DNA of 64,000 bases from Flavobacteriales bacterium (GTDB lineage: Bacteria; Bacteroidota; Bacteroidia; UBA10329), in assembly GCA_016124845.1 (NCBI GenBank), contig WGMW01000004.1, positions 4,242 through 68,241 on the forward strand, written 5' to 3'. Shown here one piece after another: positions 30,529 through 40,645 of the stretch (position 1 is the first letter of the stretch; every line of letters starts with the position of its first letter). A program made the translations under genes and the position numbers. Below the pieces are notes generated by a model. It was not told where the DNA came from and did not search any database. It saw only the letters and a list, made by a program, of their open reading frames with translations.

Positions 30529-31547
30529 ATGAAAAAACACGGTTATATACTCCTTTTGGTTCCGCTCTACTTTGGATGCAACGAGGACAACCCGCTTCCA
30601 GATGTCATCTCTTTGGATTCCTTAAAGCAAACTGAGTTTGTGCTTACGATCGAACAACCTGTTGACCTTCAAAAAACGCAGATCTATTGTTCCACTGGGG
30701 AATATGCTTGGAACCAAGTAAAACAGATAATAAATCGACCATTGACAATACCTGAAGCTCATAGTCAGTTGATGTGGTTGAACGAGGCCACCTCTTTTGA
30801 GAATTCAATCTCAGATAATGAAATTGACGTTGCAGCCACGGTTGATGAAACCTTAATTTCTGTAACAGCGGTATTCAAGAAGTCACTACCGTTTGCCAAG
30901 AAGTTCAAGCGCAACCATTCAGAGCTTGTATTCAAAAACACGGTTGTTGAATCGTTGGGGGCTATGGTTATGATGAGGAATTAATAGATCAAGTCCAGAT
31001 TCTTTATTACCTAAATGATAATGACTTTGCGGTAAGGTTAAAGCCGAAATCTTCCGCCCATGAGATACTACTTTTTACCTCCACCGCACCTGAAGTGAAA
31101 TCAATTCGAGATTTGTATTCCTTTTATCAAGCTAAGATTTCAGATAAAGAATCCACACATAAAATGGAACCTTGGAAATTGCTTTTCCTTGAATCAGACC
31201 TGCTTAATATTCCGGTTGTCGAATTCAATTTGGATAAAAACTTCGACAACCTAATCGGAAATCGATTTAGTGCGGACACCGATACATTTCAAATTGACAA
31301 GGCGTATCAAAGAATTGGATTGCGATTGGATGAAGAAGGTGCTGAAGTTGAAAGCGTGGTTGAATATGGAGTTGCCACCGAAGAAGCTCCTGCTCAAATA
31401 GAAAAGCCAACCCCAAAGCATTTAATCTTCGACTCACCATTCTTGCTTGTTATGAAAAGGGTTGATAGCGCAAACCCTTATCTTGTAGTGTGGATTGAGA
31501 ACACTGAACTCTTAAAACCCACAGTTAATGGTGGGAAAGTTGGGTGA
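30529..31547 (+). pseudogene. serpin-like lipoprotein split by a single-base frameshift near 30955
   Basis: lipobox YFGC. Frame 3 is open from about 30956 (GGYGYDEELIDQVQILYY...) into ORF 31095-31547, which has LRLDEEGAEV and FDSPFLLVM serpin-type motifs. Confidence 0.65.
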
Positions 31548-31657
31548 TTTGCATTTGAACACTGCAGGCCGATGGCGTTTCTGCTAATCCTACGTTTTTG
31601 ATCACGCGAATCGCGTAGTTAATGCTGTGGCTTATACCTTTGCACCACATTTCAACC

Positions 31658-32995
31658 ATGCGAATAATCATTGCAGGGGCAGGAGATGTGGGTTTTCACC
31701 TCGCAAAGCTGCTCACACAGGAGAATCAGGACATTGCCCTGATCGATACAGATGCCGATAAACTGAAATATGCGGCCGACCACTTGGATATTTCCACCAT
31801 CCGTGGGAACTCCATCTCTTACACCATTTTGGAGGAGGCGAACGTTTTCAAGGCCGATCTGGTGATCGCGGCCACCAACTCGGAAGAGGCCAACATCAGC
31901 ACGTGCATCATTGCCAAACATCTGGGTGCCAAACGGACCATTGCCCGCGTTCGGAACACGGAGTTTCTACTGAAAAAGGAGAAACTCGACCTGGAAGAAC
32001 TTGGCATTGACGAGATCATCAGCACCGAAACGCTGGCAGCACGCGAGATAAAACGACTGTTGAAAGAAGTAGCGTTCACCGACTCGTATGAGTTCGACCG
32101 CGGATTGCTGAACCTGGCAGGAATCTCCATTGAAGAGACCAGTCCGCTGGCTGGAAAAACGGTTTCGGAAGCCGCTTATCTGAACCCTGAAAATAATTTT
32201 TTGACCGTTGCCATTCTACGTAAGAATGAGACCATCATTCCGCGTGGCGATGTGAGTTTCCACGTGGGCGATCACGTGTATTTCATTGCGCAGCAAGATG
32301 CCATGGAGCATATTCTCTCGCTATCGGGCAAGGAGCGCAGACGCATTAAGAACGTGATGGTGATAGGTGGCAACGAGGTGGGAATGCACACGGCCAAGAA
32401 ACTCAGTCTGAAGTTCAATGTGAAGTTGATAGAAGCGGACAAGGACCGCTGTTTTGAACTGGCCGATCAGCTGCAAGGCACGCTGGTGATCAACGGAGAT
32501 GGAAGCGATGTGGAACTGCTTCAAGAGGAAGGTATCGATCAGATGGATGCGTTCATTGCCGTGACCGATAACTCTGAGACCAACATCATCTCGTGCCTCG
32601 TGGCCAAGAACCACGGTGTACGTAAGACCATTGCGCTGGTGGAGAACATGGATTACATCCACCTTTCGCAGAACATCGGTGTCGACACCATGATCAACAA
32701 AAAACTGATTGCGGCCAATTTCATTTTCCGCCACATTCGTAAGGGCGAAGTGCTTTCGCTCACCAGTCTGCATGGCGTGGATGCGGAAGTTGTGGAGTTC
32801 GAGGTCAGCGAAAAATCGCAGTTGGTTGGCAAAGTGCTCAAGGGCATCAACTTCCCAAAGTCGGCCATTGTGGGCGGTGTCATCCGCCACGGAAAAAGCT
32901 TTACTCCGAACGGAGATTTCGTCTTCGAGCCATTGGATCACGTGGTGGTGGTTTCACGCCCAACCTGCATCCACAAGGTCGAAAGCTATTTTTGA
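31658..32995 (+). CDS. trkA: Trk potassium uptake regulatory subunit
   Basis: two RCK_N (IAGAGDVG, VIGGNEVG) plus RCK_C domains; TACCTTTG box at 31635-31642. Confidence 0.95.
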   Translation: MRIIIAGAGDVGFHLAKLLTQENQDIALIDTDADKLKYAADHLDISTIRGNSISYTILEEANVFKADLVIAATNSEEANISTCIIAKHLGAKRTIARVRNTEFLLKKEKLDLEELGIDEIISTETLAAREIKRLLKEVAFTDSYEFDRGLLNLAGISIEETSPLAGKTVSEAAYLNPENNFLTVAILRKNETIIPRGDVSFHVGDHVYFIAQQDAMEHILSLSGKERRRIKNVMVIGGNEVGMHTAKKLSLKFNVKLIEADKDRCFELADQLQGTLVINGDGSDVELLQEEGIDQMDAFIAVTDNSETNIISCLVAKNHGVRKTIALVENMDYIHLSQNIGVDTMINKKLIAANFIFRHIRKGEVLSLTSLHGVDAEVVEFEVSEKSQLVGKVLKGINFPKSAIVGGVIRHGKSFTPNGDFVFEPLDHVVVVSRPTCIHKVESYF

Positions 32996-33032
32996 TCTGA
33001 TAATTCGCCTGTATTCACAAACAACATGAATA

Positions 33033-33104
33033 AGCCACAGATGCACAGATTTTCACAGAACAAACGCAGATGATCTGTGAAAAAATCAGTGTTCATCCGT
33101 GGCT
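33033..33104. repeat. intergenic inverted repeat with CACAGAT sub-repeats
   Basis: AGCCACAGATGCACAGATTTTCACAGA ... TCTGTGAAAAAATCAGTGTTCATCCGTGGCT. Confidence 0.6.
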
Positions 33105-33229
33105 CAAAAAATATCTATTCCACTATTTACAGTCGTAATTTTTAAAGCTGAAAATTGAAACATGAAGTATAAAATGACCATTTGGTCGGTCCGTTTTTCC
33201 TTTTTCCAGTTTCTAATTTCCTCTTTGAG

Positions 33230-34687
33230 ATGAACAACAACTACCGTGTAGTTCTTCATGTACTGGGTCTGCTGCTGGTCTTCAACGGACTGTTCATGGT
33301 CCTTTGTCTTCCTGCTTCGCTCTATTACAATGCGCACGATCTTGTTCCCATCGGTTTTTCGGCCTGCGCAACGCTTGGTACTGGACTGCTGACGTGGGCC
33401 TTGACCCGCTCTCAGGAGAAACCGAACATCCGCAAGCGCGAAGGTTTCCTTATTGTATCATTCGGTTGGTTGGTAATGTCGCTTTCGGGTACGCTTCCTT
33501 ATGTGATGAGCGGCAGCGTGCCACACTTTACCGATGCGTTCTTCGAAACCATGTCGGGTTACACCACAACGGGCGCGTCCATCATCAACGACCTTGATAT
33601 CATTCCGCGCGACATTCTGCTTTGGCGAAGCATGACGCAGTGGATCGGTGGAATGGGAATTATTGTGCTGGCCGTGGCCATTCTTCCCGTGTTGGGAATT
33701 GGTGGCATGCAGCTTTTTGTGGCCGAATCACCTGGCCTGAAGCCTGATAAATTGGCACCGAAGATCCGCGATACTGCCAAGAGACTGTGGTTGGTCTATT
33801 TGGGATTGACGGTTGCTGAATTCATTGCGCTGAAAGTTGCAGGCATGGGTTGGTTTGATTCGCTGAACCACGCACTGACAACCATGGCCACAGGTGGATT
33901 TTCGACTTACAACAGCAGTGCTGCCGAATTTTCGCCAGCCATTCAATATGTCATCATCGTATTCATGTTCTTGGCAGGAACAAGCTTTACGTTGACCTAT
34001 TTCGGAATAACAGGTCAGATAAAGAAGGTCATTGAAAATGAAGAATTCAGGTACTATGCGGGCATTACCGCTCTCGTATCGATTGCGGCTACCGTTGTGG
34101 TGGCCAACGTGATCGATGAAGGCGTTGAAAAGGCGTTCCGCGATTCGCTGTTTCAGGTCGTTTCTCTTATCACAACCACAGGTTTCGTATCGGCCGATTA
34201 CACCAGTTGGACTCCATTTCTGACCATCGTATTCTTCATGCTGCTGTTCATTGGTGGTTCGGCAGGTTCCACAGCAGGTGGTGTAAAAGTGGTGCGCCAC
34301 ATCATTCTTTTCAAGAACAGTTTCTTGGAACTGAAGCGTCAATTGCACCCTTCTGCCATCATTCCTGTGCGGTTGAACAAACGGGCGGTGGAACAGTCCA
34401 TAACCTACAACGTGGTGGCATTCATCATGATGTACATTCTCATTTTCGCCATTGGCTCCATTATCATCACAACACTTGGAGTTGACCTCGACACCGCCAT
34501 GGGAGCTGTGGCCACATCGCTCGGTAACGTGGGTCCTGGCATCGGCCATGTTGGCCCTACAGATAATTTTTCGTGGCTTTCTTCGGGTGCCAAGTGGTTA
34601 TTGTCCATTCTCATGCTCATCGGTCGTTTGGAACTGTTCACCGTACTTATTCTCTTCACTCCTTATTTTTGGAGGAAGCACGGATGA
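33230..34687 (+). CDS. trkH: Trk potassium uptake membrane subunit
   Basis: SGYTTTGAS, ATGGFS, TTTGF, LGNVGPG pore loops; GRLELF. Confidence 0.95.
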   Translation: MNNNYRVVLHVLGLLLVFNGLFMVLCLPASLYYNAHDLVPIGFSACATLGTGLLTWALTRSQEKPNIRKREGFLIVSFGWLVMSLSGTLPYVMSGSVPHFTDAFFETMSGYTTTGASIINDLDIIPRDILLWRSMTQWIGGMGIIVLAVAILPVLGIGGMQLFVAESPGLKPDKLAPKIRDTAKRLWLVYLGLTVAEFIALKVAGMGWFDSLNHALTTMATGGFSTYNSSAAEFSPAIQYVIIVFMFLAGTSFTLTYFGITGQIKKVIENEEFRYYAGITALVSIAATVVVANVIDEGVEKAFRDSLFQVVSLITTTGFVSADYTSWTPFLTIVFFMLLFIGGSAGSTAGGVKVVRHIILFKNSFLELKRQLHPSAIIPVRLNKRAVEQSITYNVVAFIMMYILIFAIGSIIITTLGVDLDTAMGAVATSLGNVGPGIGHVGPTDNFSWLSSGAKWLLSILMLIGRLELFTVLILFTPYFWRKHG

Positions 34688-35208
34688 GATTCACAACACA
34701 ACTTGCCAAAGACGACAATTCGGACCTGTACCATTGGTTCTTTTCGGTGCCGAACGAGATTGCCGTGCAGTTGATCGAAGGCAACGACCGAAGGGTTGTT
34801 ACCACGGTGAACGGAGCGGTCAAATATCATTGCGCCATTTATGGCGATGGCATGGGCGGGCATCGCATTCTGCTGAACAGCGAACGCGTGAAAAAACTCG
34901 GTCTGGTGCGTGGCGAAACGATTTCCGTTGAACTGGAAAAAGACCGTTCGGAATACGGTGTGCCGATGAGTGAGGAGCTTCGCGAAGTGCTGGATCAGAA
35001 CCCAGAAGCGGACGAGCTTTTCCACAAACTGACCAAAGGCACGCAGCGCACCTTGATCTACTGGAGCGACAATGTGAAGAGTTCGGAGATCAAGATCAGA
35101 CGCGCCATCGTCATGACCGACCATTTGGTGACGCAAAACGGCAAACCCGATTTCAAACTGCTGAACGTGGCGATCAAAGAGGCCAATCAGGCGGCCAAAC
35201 GTGGTTGA
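34684..35208 (+). CDS. DUF1905 / YdeI-OmpD-associated family protein
   Basis: RRVVTTVNG N-domain; EELREVL...FHKLTKGTQR C-domain. Confidence 0.75.
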   Translation: MRFTTQLAKDDNSDLYHWFFSVPNEIAVQLIEGNDRRVVTTVNGAVKYHCAIYGDGMGGHRILLNSERVKKLGLVRGETISVELEKDRSEYGVPMSEELREVLDQNPEADELFHKLTKGTQRTLIYWSDNVKSSEIKIRRAIVMTDHLVTQNGKPDFKLLNVAIKEANQAAKRG

Positions 35209-35264
35209 CCGATTAATGTAGTTGTACTGATAATCAGTAACTTGGTTCATCTAATTCGATTCCC

Positions 35265-35705
35265 ATGAAACAACTCGGCTCCATTTTCATTTGCTTGTGC
35301 TTCGCACAACTTGGTTTTTCTGAACCGCAGGACACATGTAAAATGCTTTCGGAAGACCACATTAAATTGTGGTACAACAAATCGAACAATGAACTCAAGG
35401 AAAACCCACCATTTCAGATTCTGATCCGTGATACCATTGTTGTCGGCATCAGAAATTCAGACATCTCCAAACTGCGCATGTTGGAGTCTTGGGCCCGATC
35501 AGAAAAATGTGTCAGCGAGATCAGAACCGATGTAGAGATCGATAATGAAACCACCAACTACATCCATTTGGAATCGCGATTGCAGGAAGATCGGTTTGAG
35601 TTGGTCATGCTGTTCCTGAATCGCGTTCGGAAAAAATGTGAGCAGCTGGGAATTGACCCCTGTCATGCCCTCATCGGTTTTAAGACCAACCACAGAGACC
35701 TATAA
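35265..35705 (+). CDS. hypothetical exported protein, paralogue 1
   Basis: signal peptide; similar to 35708-36133. Confidence 0.7.
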   Translation: MKQLGSIFICLCFAQLGFSEPQDTCKMLSEDHIKLWYNKSNNELKENPPFQILIRDTIVVGIRNSDISKLRMLESWARSEKCVSEIRTDVEIDNETTNYIHLESRLQEDRFELVMLFLNRVRKKCEQLGIDPCHALIGFKTNHRDL

Positions 35706-35707
35706 AC

Positions 35708-36133
35708 ATGAAACGACTTATTTCCATCTTATTTCTGGTGTCCTTTTCATTTATCGTGAATGGACAATCGTCCAAGAGCACTTGTAGAGCAGATTGGGAA
35801 GAGCAGCTGAGAAAATCGTACGACAATGGCAGCGAAAACCCTTCTGTCCTTGAATCCCTTGAAATTGGAATCTATGGGAAGGATCTTTCCAAATTAGAAG
35901 CACTTGAAAAGTGGGCAAACACCCATAAACTTGAATCAACGCTGCTTACGAATGTTGAGCCTTGGGAGGACAATGCCAGTAATAAACTCGAAATTCAGAC
36001 ACACATCGATGAAGATTCATTCGAAAATGTCTTGGCCTTCCTCAACCCGATAGCTGATCTGTGCGAAGAACAGAACATCAATCTTTGCAAGATGGTCGTG
36101 ATAGAGATGAAATTTGATGTGGACAACGACTAA
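35708..36133 (+). CDS. hypothetical exported protein, paralogue 2
   Basis: signal peptide; similar to 35265-35705. Confidence 0.7.
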   Translation: MKRLISILFLVSFSFIVNGQSSKSTCRADWEEQLRKSYDNGSENPSVLESLEIGIYGKDLSKLEALEKWANTHKLESTLLTNVEPWEDNASNKLEIQTHIDEDSFENVLAFLNPIADLCEEQNINLCKMVVIEMKFDVDND

Positions 36134-36531
36134 TTCTTCTTCAGCACCTGTTTGATGACGACTTTCCCGCCTGCGGAAAGATGAAAATAGTACCGCCCTG
36201 CGGGAAGGTCGCTGCCCAGATACTTCAGCGTATGCGGTCCTTCGGTCATGTATTCGTTGGCCACGGTCTCCACTTCCTGACCGAGAATATCGAACACTTT
36301 CAGCGAAACCTTTCCGCTCTCAGGCAAGGTGAGATTGACCGTGATCTCTCCCGCAAACGGGTTGGGTGCAAACCCCAATTCCAAACTTGGACGCGATGAT
36401 CGGTCCATAGTGGTGGAAGGTTCTCCCCACATCGATTCTTCCTCCGAAACAGCTACCATATTCGTTTGCTGCCCGAACAATTGCGACACCAAAAACGTAA
36501 GCAGCATGGACAGTTGTATACTTTTTCCCAT
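36130..36531 (-). CDS. small T9SS type A sorting-domain protein
   Basis: signal peptide, APNPF, VFDILGQEV, LPAGRYY, C-terminal KQVLKK. Start uncertain. Confidence 0.8.
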   Translation of the reverse strand: MGKSIQLSMLLTFLVSQLFGQQTNMVAVSEEESMWGEPSTTMDRSSRPSLELGFAPNPFAGEITVNLTLPESGKVSLKVFDILGQEVETVANEYMTEGPHTLKYLGSDLPAGRYYFHLSAGGKVVIKQVLKKN

Positions 36532-36576
36532 GACATTGACTTTTCCCATCCTAAAGTTAGCATTGAAGTCAATTAA

Positions 36577-37332
36577 TTGATAGTCACTAACTTGCCTTGC
36601 TTTTCGGTTTTGTTGCGAATCCTTGTAATCATAACGTTTCTGTGCTCGTTGGCAGCAGATGTGGCCTTCGGCCAGATCGCGTGTCCTGCCATGGGATTTA
36701 CGCAGGTAAACGTGAACAAAAAGGACCGTTTGGCAGGTTTCAGTTCGGCCGTGCGCCACAACCGAAAGAAGACACGGATGGGCGATTTCTTTGTGGCCAA
36801 GAAACGTTCGGGTTCAGGGTTCTCCAACAAGGATCCTTTCAGCGTGAAGACAAGCCGCAAGAAGCTTTTCCGCGACTATGACGAGTTTGCAAGCAAAGGC
36901 CGAGGCAAAGGAAATTATTACGACAAGGATGAATTCGCTACGCGGAACAAACGAAAAGGTCGGTTCCGAAGTTTTGATGAGTTTGCCACACGTGAAAGGC
37001 GCAGCAAGCAGTTCCATGATTTTGATGAGTTCGCCTACCGCAGAAAGACCAAACGCGTGAACATCGATTCGCAGTTTGCGGTGCGTTCCACGGAGAAACG
37101 CTTCAACAGCAGCAAGAAGCAGAAAAGCGAATTCCGATCCAAGAAGAAACGCGCCAAACAGGCACGAAGCGAATACACTCCTTTTGCCAGCACGCGTTCG
37201 CCATTTGTGGGCGAAAAGCAGCACCGCGACCCACAGATCGGCCTTTGGGGCGGCTCGGTGGGCAACCGCAGCGGCAAAGACAAACGCCCGATGACCCCGC
37301 TACCCGATCCAGAGAAGAAAAAAGACGATTAA
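36577..37332 (+). CDS. basic hypothetical protein with DxDEFA repeats
   Basis: hydrophobic N-terminus, then about 5-6 imperfect 16-17 aa repeats. Start uncertain. Confidence 0.65.
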   Translation: MIVTNLPCFSVLLRILVIITFLCSLAADVAFGQIACPAMGFTQVNVNKKDRLAGFSSAVRHNRKKTRMGDFFVAKKRSGSGFSNKDPFSVKTSRKKLFRDYDEFASKGRGKGNYYDKDEFATRNKRKGRFRSFDEFATRERRSKQFHDFDEFAYRRKTKRVNIDSQFAVRSTEKRFNSSKKQKSEFRSKKKRAKQARSEYTPFASTRSPFVGEKQHRDPQIGLWGGSVGNRSGKDKRPMTPLPDPEKKKDD

Positions 37333-38291
37333 GGTTTTGCCTTGCCCTTCTTAGCCGTTTTCCCCGCCACCTGCTTCAACATGGTCACTTCATTGTCCCG
37401 TAAGAAACGCCATTTCCCGCGCGGAATGTCCTTTTTGGTGAGGTTGGCAAAGAGTGAGCGGTCGAGCCGAATGACCTTGTAACCGAAATGCTCGAAAAGC
37501 CTTCGCACAATACGGTTTCGGCCTGAATGGAGTTGAATTCCCAGTTCGGTTCCGTTCGGTTGTTCCTGCACATAATTCACAATATCGGGCTGCATGAAGC
37601 CGTCTTCCAACTCCACGCCTTCATTCATGGCGTCCAAGTGTTCCTCGGTCATCGGTTTGTCGAGATACACGTGGTAGATCTTCTTTACGAGGCTTGAAGG
37701 ATGCGTGAGCTTTTTGGCCAGATCGCCATCGTTGGTAAAAAGCAACAATCCTGTTGTATCCTTATCCAATCTTCCAACTGGATAGATGCGCTCCGAACAG
37801 GCATTCTTCACCAGATCCATCACCGTTTTGCGGCCTTTTTCGTCAGATGTGGTGGTAATGAAATTCTTGGGTTTGTTAAGCAGCAGATAACGCAGCTCTT
37901 CGCCTCGCAGCAACTTCCCTTCGTACTTCACTTTATCATCGCGCTGCACGCGATAACCCATTTCTCGAACCACTTTCCCGTTCACCTCGATCTTCCCTGT
38001 GGCAATGAGCTCATCGGCCTCGCGTCTCGAACAAACACCCGCCTTGGCGATGTATTGATTGAGGCGCGGTAGCGGATTGGCACCTTCCACCTCTACGGGA
38101 CGTTTCTTGCCTTTTCCTCCCAAGCGCGGTTTTCCCGCTGGCTTGGAATCGGAGAAACGCTTTTTCGGTCTTTCTCCACCTTCTCCGAACTTCTTGCGGT
38201 CGCCCGATGCGAATGGTTTTCTGTCGCGGCCTTCTTCGTTGGGCCGACCCTGACCGCGTTTGCCGAACGGCTTTTTTCCTTGTTCTCTCAT
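37329..38291 (-). CDS. rRNA pseudouridine synthase (RsuA/RluB family) with S4 domain
   Basis: RLNQYIAKAGVCSRREAD, YPVGRLDKDTTGLLL, GRNRIVRR. Confidence 0.93.
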   Translation of the reverse strand: MREQGKKPFGKRGQGRPNEEGRDRKPFASGDRKKFGEGGERPKKRFSDSKPAGKPRLGGKGKKRPVEVEGANPLPRLNQYIAKAGVCSRREADELIATGKIEVNGKVVREMGYRVQRDDKVKYEGKLLRGEELRYLLLNKPKNFITTTSDEKGRKTVMDLVKNACSERIYPVGRLDKDTTGLLLFTNDGDLAKKLTHPSSLVKKIYHVYLDKPMTEEHLDAMNEGVELEDGFMQPDIVNYVQEQPNGTELGIQLHSGRNRIVRRLFEHFGYKVIRLDRSLFANLTKKDIPRGKWRFLRDNEVTMLKQVAGKTAKKGKAKP

Positions 38292-38309
38292 TGCGTGCGC
38301 AAAGATAGT

Positions 38310-38672
38310 TTAGGCCAGAGGATAGAATGCGTCTTCCATGTGGTCGATGCTGGTTTCTTTGGCGGTGGCCACAATGGAAATGACATCGAATCGGGCTTCC
38401 AGTTCCAGTTCGTGTTGCTGCAAATAATCGTTTGCCGCCTGAATGATGCGTTTCTGCTTAGCCATCGAAACGGCCTCGCTCGGATCACCGAAAAAGTCTG
38501 TGGAGCGCGTTTTCACTTCCACAAAAACAATGGTGTTGCCAATTCGAGCCACAATATCGAGTTCGTTTCGGCCGCTGCGCCAGTTCTCATCCAGAATGGA
38601 ATAGCCTTTTTTCAGAAGTTCCTTCACCGCAAGGTTCTCCCCTTTCTCTCCAAGTTTGTTGTGGTCGGCCAT
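38310..38672 (-). CDS. YraN family endonuclease-like protein
   Basis: GEKGENLA, ELDIVA, VFVEVKTR, RFDVI. Confidence 0.93.
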   Translation of the reverse strand: MADHNKLGEKGENLAVKELLKKGYSILDENWRSGRNELDIVARIGNTIVFVEVKTRSTDFFGDPSEAVSMAKQKRIIQAANDYLQQHELELEARFDVISIVATAKETSIDHMEDAFYPLA

Positions 38673-38769
38673 TTGATTTCAATGAATCTTGAAGGTAAAG
38701 GAAACCTTTGAGACATCAATCACGTAAAGCCGCCCGACCATAAACTGAAAACGCACAAAAACTCTGCTC

Positions 38770-39408
38770 ATGCGAATCGGGAATCTGCTGGCCGCAGGCC
38801 TTCTAACAATCGTCTCACTTGGCGCGTTTGCCCAAGGATTTGAGGGATCGATATACTTCACAAAGTCAAACATGATGGATGTGACGCAGTATGCGTACCA
38901 CGTGAAGGGAAACATGGTTCGGATAGATGAGATCGTAGAGGGAAGCGATAAGTTGGTGGCCACGTTATTGGTAAACTTGGAAACGGGCGATATGACCGCT
39001 TTGAGCCACGAGCGTAATCTGTATATGAACCGCCCAGGCAGCTTAGACAAAGCAAGTGCTTCGGGCTCTGAAGTGATCGAAGGACAACTGAAGCGTTCCA
39101 TACATGGCATGAACTGTTCGCAGTACCGTGTAAAGAACAAGGATGCGGATCGCGAGATCATGTATTGGGTAACGGAAGGCGATTATGCATTCTTCCCAAA
39201 GCTGTTGAAGATCCTGAACCGAAAAGACAATTTCTCCACCTACTACATGGAGATTCCGAACTTGGACAATAAGCTACCGCTGTTGGCTCAAGAAAACACG
39301 CTTTTGCGCGATAAGAAAGGTTTCCTTCAGGTAGATAAGATCGAGAACAAGAAGTTGGACGATGCGCTTTTCAAAATTCCAGAAGGGTTTGAGAAGGTAG
39401 AGCGCTAA
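38770..39408 (+). CDS. exported protein, DUF4412-like
   Basis: signal peptide, FEGSI, IHGMNCSQY, LFKIPEGF ending. Confidence 0.7.
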   Translation: MRIGNLLAAGLLTIVSLGAFAQGFEGSIYFTKSNMMDVTQYAYHVKGNMVRIDEIVEGSDKLVATLLVNLETGDMTALSHERNLYMNRPGSLDKASASGSEVIEGQLKRSIHGMNCSQYRVKNKDADREIMYWVTEGDYAFFPKLLKILNRKDNFSTYYMEIPNLDNKLPLLAQENTLLRDKKGFLQVDKIENKKLDDALFKIPEGFEKVER

Positions 39409-40317
39409 TTACGATACATATTGGAACTGCGAGCCGCTGTCTGTAATTCGGACAGCGGCTTTTTTGCCTAAAACAAGTGCGCGGTTGTCGTCAATATGCC
39501 CTGCGGGGAAATTGAAACAAATGGGATAATCGTATTCTTCCACCGCTGCGCGAATGATCTCTTCAGCCGTTTTACCGAACGGAATCGCATTGTCGTTCAT
39601 GTCGCTCATGCCGCCAATGATCAAACCTTTCAAGTTGTCCAATTTCCCGTTGCGTTTGAGGTTCATCATCATGCGATCAATGTGATAGAGATACTCATCC
39701 AGATCTTCCAAAAACAGAATTTTTCCATCTGTTTTGATGCCTGATTTTGAACCAAGAATGGAATACAGAACCGACAGATTTCCACCAACAATCTCGCCTT
39801 CCATTACACCATTTCGGTTGAGCGGATGCGATGCAAATTCGTAGCTCGGTAAATCACCTTTCAACGAGTTGATGAGTGTGGTGATCTGCACATGGTCTTC
39901 GGGCAGATCTTTCATGCTCAAAGGCATGGAACTGTGCAACGTTGCAACCCCGTAATTCTGGTTGATGTGCGCATGCAGAACAGTGATATCGCTGAATCCG
40001 CACAGCCATTTCGGGTGCTTCACAAACTCCGAGAAATCAAGTTTGTCAATGATTCGTACCGTTCCATAACCACCGCGTGCACAAAGAATGGCGTTGATGT
40101 CGGGGTCATCCAACATGCGCTGCATGTCGGCAGCCCGATCTTCATCACTTCCCGAAAACTGATTCTGCGCCCCGAACATGCGTTGTCCCGTTCGAACCGT
40201 GAAACCTGCATCAGCCAAAACACCAATGGTCGGTTCTACTTCTTCCCAGGTCAGTTTACGTGCTGTTGCAACGATACCGATTGTGCTTCCAGGTTTAAGA
40301 AATGGTGGAATTTTCAT
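39409..40317 (-). CDS. LD-carboxypeptidase (S66 family)
   Basis: ARGGYG, GFSDIT, GGNLS, LFLED, PAGH. Confidence 0.93.
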   Translation of the reverse strand: MKIPPFLKPGSTIGIVATARKLTWEEVEPTIGVLADAGFTVRTGQRMFGAQNQFSGSDEDRAADMQRMLDDPDINAILCARGGYGTVRIIDKLDFSEFVKHPKWLCGFSDITVLHAHINQNYGVATLHSSMPLSMKDLPEDHVQITTLINSLKGDLPSYEFASHPLNRNGVMEGEIVGGNLSVLYSILGSKSGIKTDGKILFLEDLDEYLYHIDRMMMNLKRNGKLDNLKGLIIGGMSDMNDNAIPFGKTAEEIIRAAVEEYDYPICFNFPAGHIDDNRALVLGKKAAVRITDSGSQFQYVS

Positions 40318-40329
40318 GCGACTGCGAAC

Positions 40330-40632
40330 TTAGAAATGTCTTGGCAGATCACGGCTTCCATGCAGCACGCGAACAATTCTGACGTGGTCTGCGAGGATGC
40401 GATAGAACACGACATGCGAGCCCGAAGGAAAACTCCGCAGACCTTTCTTTATCTCATTCCTTTCCCTGCCGAGTTCGGGATTGCCCACCAATTGATAGAA
40501 GACGGTATCAAGTTCCGTCAGATACTCAACGGCCTGATCCGTTCCGAATTCCTCTTCCGTATAGATGAATATTTCTTCCAGGTCTTCATCCGCTGGAAGA
40601 GAAATTTCAAAATGTCCTTTTTTGCTGAACAT
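40330..40632 (-). CDS. parE: ParE family toxin
   Basis: ADEDLEEIFIYT...FG, NPELGR, HVVFYR, RVLHGSRD. Confidence 0.9.
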   Translation of the reverse strand: MFSKKGHFEISLPADEDLEEIFIYTEEEFGTDQAVEYLTELDTVFYQLVGNPELGRERNEIKKGLRSFPSGSHVVFYRILADHVRIVRVLHGSRDLPRHF

Positions 40633-40645
40633 GCTACGAACCTGA

